DNA from: Escherichia coli
Lineage (GTDB): Bacteria > Pseudomonadota > Gammaproteobacteria > Enterobacterales > Enterobacteriaceae
Reading direction: 5' to 3' (one strand)
Assembly (NCBI RefSeq): GCF_001677475.2
Contig: NZ_CP015229.1
DNA: 64,000 bases
Under the pieces are notes generated by a model. It worked only from the letters and a program-made list of their open reading frames with translations. It did no database searches and was not told the origin of the DNA. Of the stretch, positions 63,753 to 64,000 are shown in pieces (within the stretch, counting starts at the first letter, position 1; the number at the start of each line of letters is the position of its first letter). Both the position numbers and the translations under genes were made by a program.

Positions 63753-63781
63753 CTGTTCCCCGCGTCAGCGGGGATAAGCCC
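63753..63781 (+). repeat. Solitary degenerate CRISPR repeat-like hairpin, inverted relative to the array
   Basis: Plus strand ctgttccccgcgtcagcggggataagccc matches the crRNA-sense repeat gtgttccccgcgccagcggggataaaccg at 25 of 29 positions with the CCCCGC/GCGGGG stem preserved. Confidence 0.85.
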
Positions 63782-63807
63782 TGGCGTCATCCGACTCCAG
63801 GGCATCT

Positions 63808-64000
63808 CAATCAACCTTACCAATCAATCCCTCCGTAGCCGAATACCCGCAACTTTCGTCATCGGTAACTAAAATCACATTTGCCATCTCCGGATCTTGC
63901 CGCTGTTCAACGCACCACTGCCTGAACGCATCCCCTTCCAGTAAAGAAAACTCATCGCGATGTTTTTTCCACCAGCTTCGACGCACTCTGACAACGCTCA
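63808..64000 (-). CDS. cas3: Cas3 helicase-nuclease, C-terminal end (gene starts beyond window end)
   Basis: Open minus-strand frame ending at the stop at 63808-63810 (...EGLIGKVD*), located upstream of cse1 as in type I-E loci. Assignment is by position; only 64 codons are visible. Confidence 0.6.

Noticed and set aside
63692-63842. A second repeat flanking the solitary repeat-like element to form a repeat-spacer-repeat mini-array
   Set aside because: Windows 61 nt either side of 63753-63781 (63692-63720 and 63814-63842) show no resemblance to the repeat.

Overview
This 64 kb window is an Escherichia coli-type chromosomal segment, assigned by reading the translated ORFs and gene order against recalled E. 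coli proteins (no database search was possible). Gene order: mltB (partial), srlAEBD-gutM-srlR-gutQ, norR / norVW, hypF-hydN, ascG / ascFB, hycIHGFEDCBA, hypABCDE-fhlA, ygbA, mutS, pphB, ygbIJKLMN, rpoS-nlpD-pcm-surE-truD-ispFD-ftsB, ygbE, cysCND, iap, a CRISPR array, and a type I-E cas operon (cas2-cas1-cas6e-cas5-cas7-cse2-cse1, with the 3-prime end of cas3). Most of it is core metabolism and regulation. Relative to the K-12 gene order as I recall it, four segments look accessory: (1) a 768 bp islet between ascB and hycI carrying REP elements and a HigA-like antitoxin gene with no intact toxin; (2) a two-domain Mop (molbindin) gene between fhlA and ygbA; (3) a UbiX/UbiD-type decarboxylase cluster (ecdBCD-like) with a divergent MarR regulator between ygbN and rpoS; (4) a CRISPR-Cas I-E locus whose Cse1 is unlike the K-12 CasA sequence as I recall it, with 12 repeats and 11 spacers. 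The most interesting lead is a solitary, inverted, repeat-like hairpin between the cas3 stop and the cse1 upstream region, a candidate crRNA-like regulatory element or cassette boundary. The ORF track reports ATG, GTG and TTG starts as M; several starts were moved to internal codons on that basis.
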